Below, in pieces: positions 9,635-18,078 of a stretch of 64,000 nt of DNA; position 1 is the stretch's first letter, and every line of letters starts with the position of its first letter. The stretch comes from Candidatus Bathyarchaeota archaeon (GTDB lineage Archaea > Thermoproteota > Bathyarchaeia > Bathyarchaeales > Bathycorpusculaceae). Location: contig CAWABA010000009.1 in NCBI GenBank assembly GCA_963780185.1, positions 160,001-224,000 of the forward strand, read 5' to 3'. Both the position numbers and the translations under genes were made by a program. The notes under the pieces were generated by a model. That model had not been told where the DNA came from and made no database searches. It worked only from the letters and a program-made list of their open reading frames with translations.

Positions 9635-10354
9635 ATGACCCTCAAAGCTGTCTTGTTTGACATGTTCGATACGTTGATGATGATTAGGAAAAACAACGAT
9701 TTCGCAAGCCCCTCCATGCTGCATATGTACCAGTTCCTGGTCAAAAACGGGGTAGATGTTCCGTTGGAGCGGTTTCAAGCGGCGTACAGCAAAGCCCGCG
9801 ATGTGCTTTACGCGAAGGCTGACCCCAAGCTGGAGGAGCCTCATTTTAACGTTCGAATCGCGTTGGCTCTGAAGATGCTGAGCTACAGCTACGACGCCTA
9901 CAGCCCTCTCGTCGTGTCTGCCAGCGCCGTTTTCTGTGAAGAATTCATGAACCACGTCTACTTGGACGGCGACGCTGAAGCCGTGCTGCGTAGCCTGCAT
10001 GGCAAGTACAAGCTGGGTATTGTTTCGAATTATGCTATTCCCGAATGCGTCTTCGAACTGCTCAAAACACACGGCTTAGACGCCCTGTTTGACGCGGTTG
10101 TGGTGTCGGGAGCGGTTAACAAACGCAAGCCCAGCCCAGAAATCTTCAACCGAACCCTGAAAGCCATGGGCATTTCAGCGGCTGAAGCGGTTTTTGTCGG
10201 CGACACCTTGGATGCAGACGTTGAAGGCCCCAAATCAGTCGGCATGAAAACAATCTACATCAAAAGACGCGAGGAAAAGCCGATTAAAAACGTCAAGCCA
10301 GACGTAACCATAACCAGCTTAACTGAACTTCCATTGCTTCTTCAGCAGTTATAA
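9635..10354 (+). CDS. HAD-superfamily hydrolase (IA)
   Basis: Motifs LFDMFDTL, IVSN, KPSPEIF and FVGDT..AD. Confidence 0.92.
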   Translation: MTLKAVLFDMFDTLMMIRKNNDFASPSMLHMYQFLVKNGVDVPLERFQAAYSKARDVLYAKADPKLEEPHFNVRIALALKMLSYSYDAYSPLVVSASAVFCEEFMNHVYLDGDAEAVLRSLHGKYKLGIVSNYAIPECVFELLKTHGLDALFDAVVVSGAVNKRKPSPEIFNRTLKAMGISAAEAVFVGDTLDADVEGPKSVGMKTIYIKRREEKPIKNVKPDVTITSLTELPLLLQQL

Positions 10355-10389
10355 AAAGTGGAAGCAAAGAAGGGCTCAAACATCTGCCG

Positions 10390-11952
10390 TTACGACCCAT
10401 TCTGGTTCACATGAAATCCGAAGTTTGTGGCGAGTTGTCTTCTAAATTTTTCTGCAAATGCCTCGTAATCCAGCTGGGTTGCAACTGCAGGCGCTGCAAT
10501 CGCCGCGATTCTGTCGAGGTCCATGTGTTTTTCTGCCATTTCGATGGCTTTGGCGCCGAATTCTTCGTAACGGATTTCCACTTCGGGGATGCTGCCTCGC
10601 CCTACAACGTCAATGCGGGGCACGAGGCCTAATAGTTCGATGCCTGCGCTTTGGAAAGACTGATTCAGCAGCTTTTTCGTTTCTCCAGTAAGGTAGGCTA
10701 AGAACGCCTTGTTGAGTATGACACCTGCAACTTTGACTCCGAGGCTATGCATGAGGTTAACGTATCCCAGCGCGTTTACCATGGCGCCTTCTATGCCCTC
10801 GTTGTCGCAGGCAACCACCACAACCGTGGGAGCACCCAGCATCGCTGCAACTTCAGCCGTGGAGCTAGGCCCCTCAACCTTATCCATAAGCAACCCCGTA
10901 AACGCGCTCATGGCACCTTCCACCAAAACCAAATCGTAGTCTTTGCTGGCTTGCTCGACAACGCCGAACAATTCTTTCCAGCCGCTTTCACAAATCCTAA
11001 TCGACGAGTACTCCTGCATGGGTTCTTTGGTAAGGTACAGTGCGGGCACGATGTCTCGGATGTCTCCGCCGACTTTGACGACGCCGACGTTTACGCCGCG
11101 TTTTCTTAGGGCGCCAGCTATGCCCGTGACGACGAAGGTTTTCCCTGAACCGCTTCCCAGCGCCGTAACCACAAGCATCGAGGCGGTCTTCGCCTTTTTT
11201 GCGGCGGCTTTTTTTGCCCAGACATTGGTTCCGACGCCTACCTCGCCCCTGATGTTTTCAAGCAGCTTCGCGTTTGCCACATGTATTTGGGTAAGTTGGG
11301 TTGGGGTTATGTTGAGCGATTTTGAAATGCCTTCTATGATGAGCGGGTTTCGGTCAAGCAAAGCGTGCAGTGTTATGCCTACGACGTTGCCTTCTTTGTT
11401 GGCGACGCCTGAGACAAGGTCCTGCTCATGCTTGAAGTAGTTCAGATGCTTCACATGCGAGACAAGGATAGGTTTCGCCGCTTTATGCAGATGCAGGTCC
11501 CCATAGGTGTGGCAGTGAAACCCCGTAACTTCCCTGCCTAACTCATCCGTCAACATGCTTTCTCCAACAACCGTGGCGGCTACTTGGTTGGTGCAGATAA
11601 GCGGCGTGAACTCCGCGTCTAAGAGCCCTAAACCTTCCCGCATAATCGGTGCAGCAGAGAGGCGCCCAATGTCGGTTCCCCTCGACAGGACCTGAAAACC
11701 CGAGCAGATGCCCAACACGAATTTTCCTCTGTCAGCCATCTTGAGGATTTGCTGCGTTATCGGAGTTTTTAGAGTTCGGGATTCGACGAGGCTTCCGCCT
11801 GGGATAATTATCATGTCCAGAACCTCAGAAGCGGCTCTGCCGTCTACAAGCCCGTTTTCCCTGACCAGGTCAGTAGGCAAGCCTCCGAACGCTTCGAAAC
11901 AAGGCAACGCTCCTGGCAAATAGATTAACCCGATTCTGCGGCTTTGGTTTAT
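10390..11952 (-). CDS. Class I glutamine amidotransferase domain fused N-terminally to a CbiA/CobB/CobQ-like P-loop ATPase domain
   Basis: GATase motifs PGG, GICSGFQ and GFHCH..G. ATPase motifs SGSGKT, LVEGAM and ILNK. The track start (TTG 12006) lies upstream of the TATA box, so the probable start is ATA at 11952 after GAGGG. Confidence 0.8.
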   Translation of the reverse strand: MNQSRRIGLIYLPGALPCFEAFGGLPTDLVRENGLVDGRAASEVLDMIIIPGGSLVESRTLKTPITQQILKMADRGKFVLGICSGFQVLSRGTDIGRLSAAPIMREGLGLLDAEFTPLICTNQVAATVVGESMLTDELGREVTGFHCHTYGDLHLHKAAKPILVSHVKHLNYFKHEQDLVSGVANKEGNVVGITLHALLDRNPLIIEGISKSLNITPTQLTQIHVANAKLLENIRGEVGVGTNVWAKKAAAKKAKTASMLVVTALGSGSGKTFVVTGIAGALRKRGVNVGVVKVGGDIRDIVPALYLTKEPMQEYSSIRICESGWKELFGVVEQASKDYDLVLVEGAMSAFTGLLMDKVEGPSSTAEVAAMLGAPTVVVVACDNEGIEGAMVNALGYVNLMHSLGVKVAGVILNKAFLAYLTGETKKLLNQSFQSAGIELLGLVPRIDVVGRGSIPEVEIRYEEFGAKAIEMAEKHMDLDRIAAIAAPAVATQLDYEAFAEKFRRQLATNFGFHVNQNGS

Positions 11953-11986
11953 GTTTGTCCCTCGTTTTCGTTTATTGCGGTACGCA

Positions 11987-11994
11987 TTATATAA
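11987..11994 (-). promoter_or_regulatory. TATA box of the GATase-ATPase gene
   Basis: TTATATAA about 35 nt upstream of the inferred start. Confidence 0.6.
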
Positions 11995-12042
11995 GTTGGG
12001 TGGCAAATCACGCTCCCTATAGGGAACTTACTATAAAATCTA

Positions 12043-12069
12043 GGTTGTTAAGGTTCTTAGGGTTCTTAA
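12043..12069. repeat. Three tandem 9-bp repeats just inside the left end
   Basis: GGTTGTTAA GGTTCTTAG GGTTCTTAA. Confidence 0.7.
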
Positions 12070-12159
12070 CGATTAAATAGTTTTTTTTGGTTCATTTTCA
12101 TTTATCCTTATCTGTAACGAGACACAAGGCAAATGTAAGCGTATCTGTAATTGTGACGC

Positions 12160-12327
12160 ATGCGAAACAAAATCTTGACGGACAGAGAAAAGAAAATGCT
12201 TGTACAGTTTCTTGATAACAACGAAACCTCAGAGACTTTCCGAATGCTAAAAATGCGAATAAAGAAGGCTTATCCCAAATTAATGGAAGACTATGAACTA
12301 ATCAAGAAAAGCGTTGAAAAGTTTTAG
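12160..12327 (+). CDS. 55-aa helical micro-protein, not in the ORF track
   Basis: MRNKILTDREKKMLVQFLDNNETSETFRMLKMRIKKAYPKLMEDYELIKKSVEKF*. Resembles small basic proteins of archaeal mobile elements. Confidence 0.65.
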   Translation: MRNKILTDREKKMLVQFLDNNETSETFRMLKMRIKKAYPKLMEDYELIKKSVEKF

Positions 12328-12405
12328 TGAGCTATTCCTCGAATTAAACGACTGATTAAAAATAACCAAACTGCCAAAAAGTCAAAAAAAATGGGCTGCT
12401 ATGTT

Positions 12406-12534
12406 CTAATCAGAATATAAATCAATATTCTTGCATTTTGGGCATTGATAAATGGCTAAATGTGGTTCAGGTGCGTTGACGGCTCCTTTTCGCTCCATTT
12501 CAGCACCGCATTTTGCGCATCTCGTCATAGTCAT
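12406..12534 (-). CDS. 42-aa single Zn-finger micro-protein, not in the ORF track
   Basis: MTMTRCAKCGAEMERKGAVNAPEPHLAIYQCPKCKNIDLYSD*. Two CxxC knuckles and a GGTGA RBS. Confidence 0.75.
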   Translation of the reverse strand: MTMTRCAKCGAEMERKGAVNAPEPHLAIYQCPKCKNIDLYSD

Positions 12535-12765
12535 CAGTTTTCACCAACTATCTATTCTATCCTTTGCAGATTTAAGATTTGCTAAGGGCTAAAAAAAGGG
12601 GGTTCCCTATCTGAAAAAGTATAATAATAAAGGCAATATTCACAGAGAGAGCACATAACACAAACTGTAAGCTCTAAGCATACAACAACCTAATGATGCG
12701 TAACCCCCCCTAATACAGCATAATACCTACGTGGCTTGTTATCTTCTATCTTATTGGTTGGTTGG

Positions 12766-12810
12766 TTAATCGATTGATTAAAAAAGAACAATAGTTAATC
12801 AGTTGATTAA
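12766..12810. repeat. Two 16-bp imperfect palindromes, with a third copy at 12344-12359
   Basis: TTAATCGATTGATTAA (12766-12781), TTAATCAGTTGATTAA (12795-12810) and TTAAACGACTGATTAA (12344-12359). Confidence 0.7.
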
Positions 12811-12840
12811 GACTTTGCCAAACTGCTAAAAAAGAAGAGT

Positions 12841-13308
12841 TTAGAGTGTAGCTTTTTTCTTACATTCAGGGCAATAGTTTGTTGTGAGTTTTGGGTCATG
12901 AGAAACTTTTTCAGGGTCGAACCACTTCTTACATCCCATGCATTGTTTATATTCTAACTTTCCAAGAATGCTCACGGCTAATAGTGTATCAGCTTGCGTT
13001 AATGGTGGGGAAATTGAGCCTTGAAGGTTTTCTGATAGAGAATCAAGAATCACCTCAATTTCTTCGTAGTCTTCGGGAATTTCAGATTTTGTCCACGGAA
13101 TAGGGGGTACTAAGTTCGGCAACGGGGAGCGCAAGTGTTTCCCGTGGCGTTCCGCATAATCTTTGAGAAATTCGAATTCTTCGCTTGTTCCATCTTTAAG
13201 TTTTTCTTGAAGATATAGAAATATACCTTCGAGATAGGTTTTTTTGGCTTGTCGGGTTGTTTCTTCATATTTTTCTTTCAAATCGTTAAACCATTTCGTT
13301 TCAATCAC
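12841..13308 (-). CDS. Hypothetical protein with a C-terminal CxxC..CxxC Zn-finger
   Basis: CMGC...CPEC. Apparently coupled to the upstream gene (4-nt gap). Confidence 0.75.
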   Translation of the reverse strand: MIETKWFNDLKEKYEETTRQAKKTYLEGIFLYLQEKLKDGTSEEFEFLKDYAERHGKHLRSPLPNLVPPIPWTKSEIPEDYEEIEVILDSLSENLQGSISPPLTQADTLLAVSILGKLEYKQCMGCKKWFDPEKVSHDPKLTTNYCPECKKKATL

Positions 13309-13312
13309 CTAC

Positions 13313-14443
13313 CTATGGCGCTGTTGCCGTAATACTAAGGATTTGGTTTGTACTTGTAGTTACCGTTATAGTATAAGATTCTCCACTTTGCCAATTATAA
13401 GATAAATACTGTACGTTTCCTGATTGACCTGAAAGAGAAGTATAACAATTAACCCCATTAACAGTAACATCAATAATATTAGGACAACTGTTAACCATCA
13501 CGTTGAAAGTTAATAGAATAACTTTGCTTGACGACTCTTGAGAAAAACTTACACTTAGAGGTGGTGTCGGAGTTGGTGAAGGACTTGGTTGTGGTGTAGG
13601 TGTCCATAATGGTGAGGTTGCTGTGTATGTGCAATTTCCGACATATTCCATTAGAACATTATCGGTAAATGTTGAAACTATATCTTGTTTATACATTAAT
13701 TGAATAGTGTAGCTTGTGCCGTTAATCCAATTGAAATAGCAACCCGTATAAGGTAAACCATTTTCATCGCCTAATTGCATTTGTACGCCGTTAATGGTAA
13801 GTGAAGTTATGTAGTAAGTGTTATCAAGATTAGTTGTTATGTCAATATAGTTTCGCGGGTTTGGGACATCTGAATTGTCTTTAACGAATGTTACGTTTAA
13901 TATTTGTCCGTAAGTTGTAACTTGTGGTGCTGGTGTTGCGGTTGGAGCGGTTGCCGTGACGCTCATAAAATAAATCGTTTGTTGTGTTGGAGTTGCCGTT
14001 GTTGTTAGTGTTTGCCCCTCATTAAATGTTAAAGTTATAGTGTAGCTTTGGTTTAATTGCCATGTACAACCTAAAGTTATATCGCATGTATCATAAGTTT
14101 CGCCGCTATACCAGATATTCTGATTATAAGATGTTCCGTTTATTAAAACGGAAACGACTGAGTTTGAATAATCTGTTGAGGTAAAGCTAACTACGATATT
14201 TTCTTCAAGATATGTGTTCGTTCCGTCAGCAGAAGAAATGTTATTACCATATGTGAAGCCTATTTTAGTTATCTGTATTTGTGCTCTTGGTCTTGGTGTT
14301 GCCGTTGGGGTTGGTGTTGGGTTTAACTGAGCGTTTAATTGGCTTGTTTGTTGAGTGGTATTTAGGTTCAGGCCAATTGCAACAGCAGAAACGATTATTG
14401 CAATGATTGAAACTAAACTGATTATTTTTGTTATCGTATTCAT
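13313..14443 (-). CDS. N-terminally anchored/secreted Thr/Asn-rich surface protein with three repeated beta-domains
   Basis: N-terminal hydrophobic helix, PT linkers, and three copies of V.(I/V)NG...W..(G/Q).SYTI.(L/V). Confidence 0.8.
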   Translation of the reverse strand: MNTITKIISLVSIIAIIVSAVAIGLNLNTTQQTSQLNAQLNPTPTPTATPRPRAQIQITKIGFTYGNNISSADGTNTYLEENIVVSFTSTDYSNSVVSVLINGTSYNQNIWYSGETYDTCDITLGCTWQLNQSYTITLTFNEGQTLTTTATPTQQTIYFMSVTATAPTATPAPQVTTYGQILNVTFVKDNSDVPNPRNYIDITTNLDNTYYITSLTINGVQMQLGDENGLPYTGCYFNWINGTSYTIQLMYKQDIVSTFTDNVLMEYVGNCTYTATSPLWTPTPQPSPSPTPTPPLSVSFSQESSSKVILLTFNVMVNSCPNIIDVTVNGVNCYTSLSGQSGNVQYLSYNWQSGESYTITVTTSTNQILSITATAP

Positions 14444-14589
14444 ATTTGTTTACCGTTTATTCCAAGTAACATACTTAAAAAAGCATAATACGCTTTATGA
14501 ATCCTGAATCCACCGAATTCAAAGTTCCTCATACTTAATCAACGTAATAAGCTATAGAACTAACTCCCGTGCTTTGACCCCATATACGG

Positions 14590-14902
14590 CTCCATGCCCT
14601 AAATGCTAATGGTAAATTGTTTCTGTTGAAAAATGAAGAAACAACTTTTAAATGGTCCTGAATCCTTTATGTGTACCCGTGCTTTCCATGCTTTCTTTAT
14701 AGGCTCTCCATTTATCCTCAAAAAGCATCTTTCCGTTATGTCCGTGCTTGTTAAGTCATGCATTCTTTTGTTGATTTGCTCAGAGGGCTTAAACCTATAA
14801 AAGTCATCCAGTCTTCCCAAAGAGACGGATAACCCTTTTTTGTTTTTTGGCGAGACCAGTATGCCAGCGTTTAACGTATATGTCGTTTTTGTCCAGCGTC
14901 AT
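14590..14902 (-). pseudogene. Truncated, multiply frameshifted N-terminal fragment of a tyrosine recombinase/integrase-like gene
   Basis: Joining frames gives MTLDKNDIYVKRWHTGLAK-TKKGYPSLWEDWMTFIGLS-SEQINKRMHDLTSTDITERCF-EDKWRAYKESMES...HLKVVSSFFNRNNLPL. This resembles the core-binding region of archaeal integrases. No catalytic domain follows. Confidence 0.55.
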
Positions 14903-15120
14903 TTAAGCCACATCTTCTATAGTGTGTAAATTCACTAACCTAAAGCTTGCGATTAAATAGTAAAAACGCCCTGTAGGTTTAATGCTATAAAATAGGCAGT
15001 TCCCTATAGGCATCAATATTTTGCTTATCACCCACCTGGTGCCGTGTTCCAGATTTGGAACAGTTTGTTCCTTGGATAGAACTAAATATCATATAACCCT
15101 CACAGTCGAATGGCGATTAG

Positions 15121-16131
15121 ATGGGTAAATGGCTTGAAAAATATGCGGGTTCCCTGAGGTTTTGGGTTCTAATTGTTGCTTGCGTCTATTTCGGGTACAG
15201 CGTTTACTTTGCTTGGGCTGGGTTACGCGACAGCTTAGGCATGCTTACTAACTCGTACATTTACAGTTCTCTTAGGCAGGGTCCATGGTGGTGGCTTGTC
15301 TCCTTCTACAGCAGCGAAGGCGTCTCGGGCTCGGTTGCAATTGTGAGCCGCGCCGTTGCGGGGGTCTTTGCGGTTTGGGCAGGCTACCTTTTTTGGCGAA
15401 AAACCGACAGCGTCAAGCTCAGCCTACGTCAAAGCACATGCATGGCGATGCTCTTCGAAGCGATCTTTCTATTGGCATTCGTCCCCTCTATCTTAACCGC
15501 CATCGTCTACAATTCGACGAGTCAGCAACTATTCTACTTCGGGCATACCCCAAACATCCTCATCGTCTTAGGTACGCTAGTCCCGCTTACGGGGTTTGTC
15601 GTTGTCTGCACGCCGCCGCTGCTTAAGCTCAGATCAGCCGTCAAAAACTACGCCCCCAAAGAAGAGGTCATGAAGTGGGCGTGCCTCACAGGCGTAGGTT
15701 ACCTCTTCGCGATGTTCTGGTTCAACTACACCATGCTGTGGGCTGGAGAAGCGGTGCCGTACACGAGGGTTTACGAGCAGTGGGGATGGAGCTTTGTGCT
15801 GGAACCCGCCAACTTCGCCAGTTTCCTGCTCACCGTGGGAGGCTTGTTCGCTTTGGCTGCGGCGGCTTTGGCTGTGACTTACCCTGCGATCAAGAAGCGG
15901 GTTGAGTTGCCGAATTTGACTTGGGTCGGCGTCTTCATGGTTGCTCTTGGCGGCTACTTCGTCTTCAACCTGTTCTACTACTACCTCACAGGCGCCTACC
16001 CAGCCCACCCCAGCGTCTGGTACGAAGTCATAGGTCCACTGCATAACCCGAACCTGTGGGCAATAGCTTTGCTGTTCCTCGGTGCACCCTTGATTGCCTA
16101 CGGAAAAATCAAAAAAGACGGCGAAACATAA
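15121..16131 (+). CDS. Polytopic membrane protein of unknown function (about 8 TM)
   Basis: Long hydrophobic ORF with host-like codon usage. Confidence 0.8.
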   Translation: MGKWLEKYAGSLRFWVLIVACVYFGYSVYFAWAGLRDSLGMLTNSYIYSSLRQGPWWWLVSFYSSEGVSGSVAIVSRAVAGVFAVWAGYLFWRKTDSVKLSLRQSTCMAMLFEAIFLLAFVPSILTAIVYNSTSQQLFYFGHTPNILIVLGTLVPLTGFVVVCTPPLLKLRSAVKNYAPKEEVMKWACLTGVGYLFAMFWFNYTMLWAGEAVPYTRVYEQWGWSFVLEPANFASFLLTVGGLFALAAAALAVTYPAIKKRVELPNLTWVGVFMVALGGYFVFNLFYYYLTGAYPAHPSVWYEVIGPLHNPNLWAIALLFLGAPLIAYGKIKKDGET

Positions 16132-16186
16132 ACAAAATATTTTTTTTTAAAAAAGTTGGTTAATAAAAGAAAGAGGGGTTAAGCTC

Positions 16187-16414
16187 TTATTGGTAGGGTT
16201 CTTTTTTGCCAGTCATGTATGCCCAAGCGCCAACTAGCACAACTGTTAGGCATGCACCCGCAAAACCTGAAATCAAGTAGGTTGATGCGCCAGCCAATGA
16301 CGGCAGAACATTGATGACCCATGGAATGAAGAAGCTCGCGGTGAGTTGGGCTATGATGCCTGCTACGAAGCCTAAAAGAGCTATTAATCCGAATATTTTC
16401 AATCTGCTATTCAT
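16187..16414 (-). CDS. Small two-TM membrane protein, divergent from the cdv operon
   Basis: 75 aa, two hydrophobic helices, GGTGA RBS. Confidence 0.75.
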   Translation of the reverse strand: MNSRLKIFGLIALLGFVAGIIAQLTASFFIPWVINVLPSLAGASTYLISGFAGACLTVVLVGAWAYMTGKKEPYQ

Positions 16415-16641
16415 TCAATTCACCTTTTTATTTTTACCATTACTTCGCCGAGCTTTTTAGTCTAACTTACACATTTCTGTCTAAACAGAATAGCGCTGAC
16501 ATCATCTTTAACTCTTATACCGCAAGCCCAATGGACTTTTTTTCAGCGTGTATATCTGTACATATATACGTGCATATTCTCGACATATTAACAATGTATA
16601 AGATTGTACTCCGCATTTCTGTCTCTGCAGAGGTAATCAAA

Positions 16642-17301
16642 TTGTCAGAAAACTTCGCAAAAAAGTGGGAAAGCAAGCGGGATGACACTCCATTCCAAAA
16701 CCGCCTTAAAGACGCAGTAAAGCCACCGGGGCCACTAAAGCCACGACTAGACTTTGCAGTCAGACGCATCGATCTTCAAGTCCAGAAGCTTGACCAAGCA
16801 ACTGACAGGTTCAGCCAAAGAGACAAAGCAATTTTCGCAAGAATTGTTGACGCATACGCAAAACATGACAGTGCACGCGCAAATGTCTTCGCAAACGAAC
16901 TAGCTGAAGTACGCAAAATGTCAAAATTAATCATGAACGCTAAACTTGCACTCGAACAGATCACTTTACGTTTACGAACAGTATCCGAGCTAGGCGACGT
17001 AGTTTCAACCTTAGGTCCAGCCGTTGGAGTTCTACGTTCCGTCCGATCAGGCTTAGTAAGCGTGTTCCCAGAAGCAGAAAATGAACTGGGCGAAATCGGC
17101 AACATGCTAAGCGGAATAATGATCGAAGCAGGCCAAGGAAGCGGAATGACACTGAACTTTGACACAGTAAACGAGGATGCATCAAAGATACTCACCGAAG
17201 CCGCAACAGTCGCAGAGCAGAAGATAAAAGACAAGTTCCCAGATCTGCCGCCTGGAATGCCAGCAACCCCACAAACAGAGAAATCCACACAGGGTTTCTA
17301 A
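16642..17301 (+). CDS. cdvB: ESCRT-III (Snf7-family) CdvB paralogue without a winged-helix domain
   Basis: Snf7 core ARANVFANELAEVRK...LEQITLRLRTVSELGD and a C-terminal FPDLP. Start moved to TTG 16642 after a GAGGT RBS. Confidence 0.9.
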   Translation: MSENFAKKWESKRDDTPFQNRLKDAVKPPGPLKPRLDFAVRRIDLQVQKLDQATDRFSQRDKAIFARIVDAYAKHDSARANVFANELAEVRKMSKLIMNAKLALEQITLRLRTVSELGDVVSTLGPAVGVLRSVRSGLVSVFPEAENELGEIGNMLSGIMIEAGQGSGMTLNFDTVNEDASKILTEAATVAEQKIKDKFPDLPPGMPATPQTEKSTQGF

Positions 17302-17320
17302 AATAGGAGGATAAAACACA

Positions 17321-18037
17321 ATGTCCAACTCCAATCTTTTTCTTTATATTGGTAAACCCGTAAAGAACGAGTATGGCCGAGTAATCGGTAAAATTGCTTC
17401 ATTTGCACTAACACCCAGTGGAAAATTCGATGCTGTCTACGTTGAATTTGGCGATGGCCAGTTCACGAAGCAGCCCATGGAAAGCTTACGCTTTAATGGC
17501 GCTGAAATCACTTTCATCACAAAAATCAAATCCCAATCAGGCATCTTATGCGACCACATACCCTTGATCTGGCGCAAAGACCAAGCTCTCAAAGACCTTC
17601 TGGACAAGAAAAAGATCACTCCGGAAGTCTTCCAGGACCTTCACAACAGCTTCACCAACGTGCTCTCCTCACTTAGGAAAGACGCTCAGGAAATCGTCGA
17701 CGACGCAACCGTTGAAATCGAACGGTGCAAAGACGAAATAACCTCTCTTAGCTACGCCATCGCTAACCTGGAAATTGAGCATGAGATAGGCAAGGTAGAT
17801 GAAGAAAACTACAAGAATGCCTTTGCCGCGCTTCAAGATGCCCTTAGACGTGCAACTTCAGAAAGAACAGACTACGAACTGACGAAAAGCAAAGTTTCAA
17901 GCGTGCTCCTCGGCGACAACCAAGATGTTCTACAACGATCGAAGACTTACGCTGAACAAGTGAACAATGCAGCTCAGAAACTGCCTGAACCCCCAGTTGT
18001 TGTCTACGTTAAAGAAGTAGGGAAAGCGGGCATCTAA
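17321..18037 (+). CDS. cdvA: Cell division protein CdvA
   Basis: N-terminal PRC-barrel-like IGKPVKNEYGRVIGK, coiled-coil middle, C-terminal PVVVYV peptide. Located in the cdv operon. Confidence 0.9.
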   Translation: MSNSNLFLYIGKPVKNEYGRVIGKIASFALTPSGKFDAVYVEFGDGQFTKQPMESLRFNGAEITFITKIKSQSGILCDHIPLIWRKDQALKDLLDKKKITPEVFQDLHNSFTNVLSSLRKDAQEIVDDATVEIERCKDEITSLSYAIANLEIEHEIGKVDEENYKNAFAALQDALRRATSERTDYELTKSKVSSVLLGDNQDVLQRSKTYAEQVNNAAQKLPEPPVVVYVKEVGKAGI

Positions 18038-18078
18038 TCGCCCAAACAAAGTGGAGACGCCACGCGGAGGGATAAGGC

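Larger units (their letters stand above)
12015..15011. mobile_element. ~3 kb AT-rich degenerate integrative element bounded by 14-bp inverted repeats
   Basis: CCCTATAGGGAACT (12015-12028) and AGTTCCCTATAGGG (14998-15011). The interior is visibly AT-richer than the flanks and holds an integrase-like remnant at the right end. Confidence 0.75.

Noticed and set aside
10411-11923. Multiple + strand ORFs overlapping the GATase-ATPase gene (and similar nested ORFs across the window)
   Set aside because: Antisense or out-of-frame shadows of well-supported genes, with no recognisable motifs.
16531-16641. N-terminal extension of the first cdvB in the track
   Set aside because: It runs through AT-rich promoter sequence. 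The RBS and protein character point to TTG 16642.
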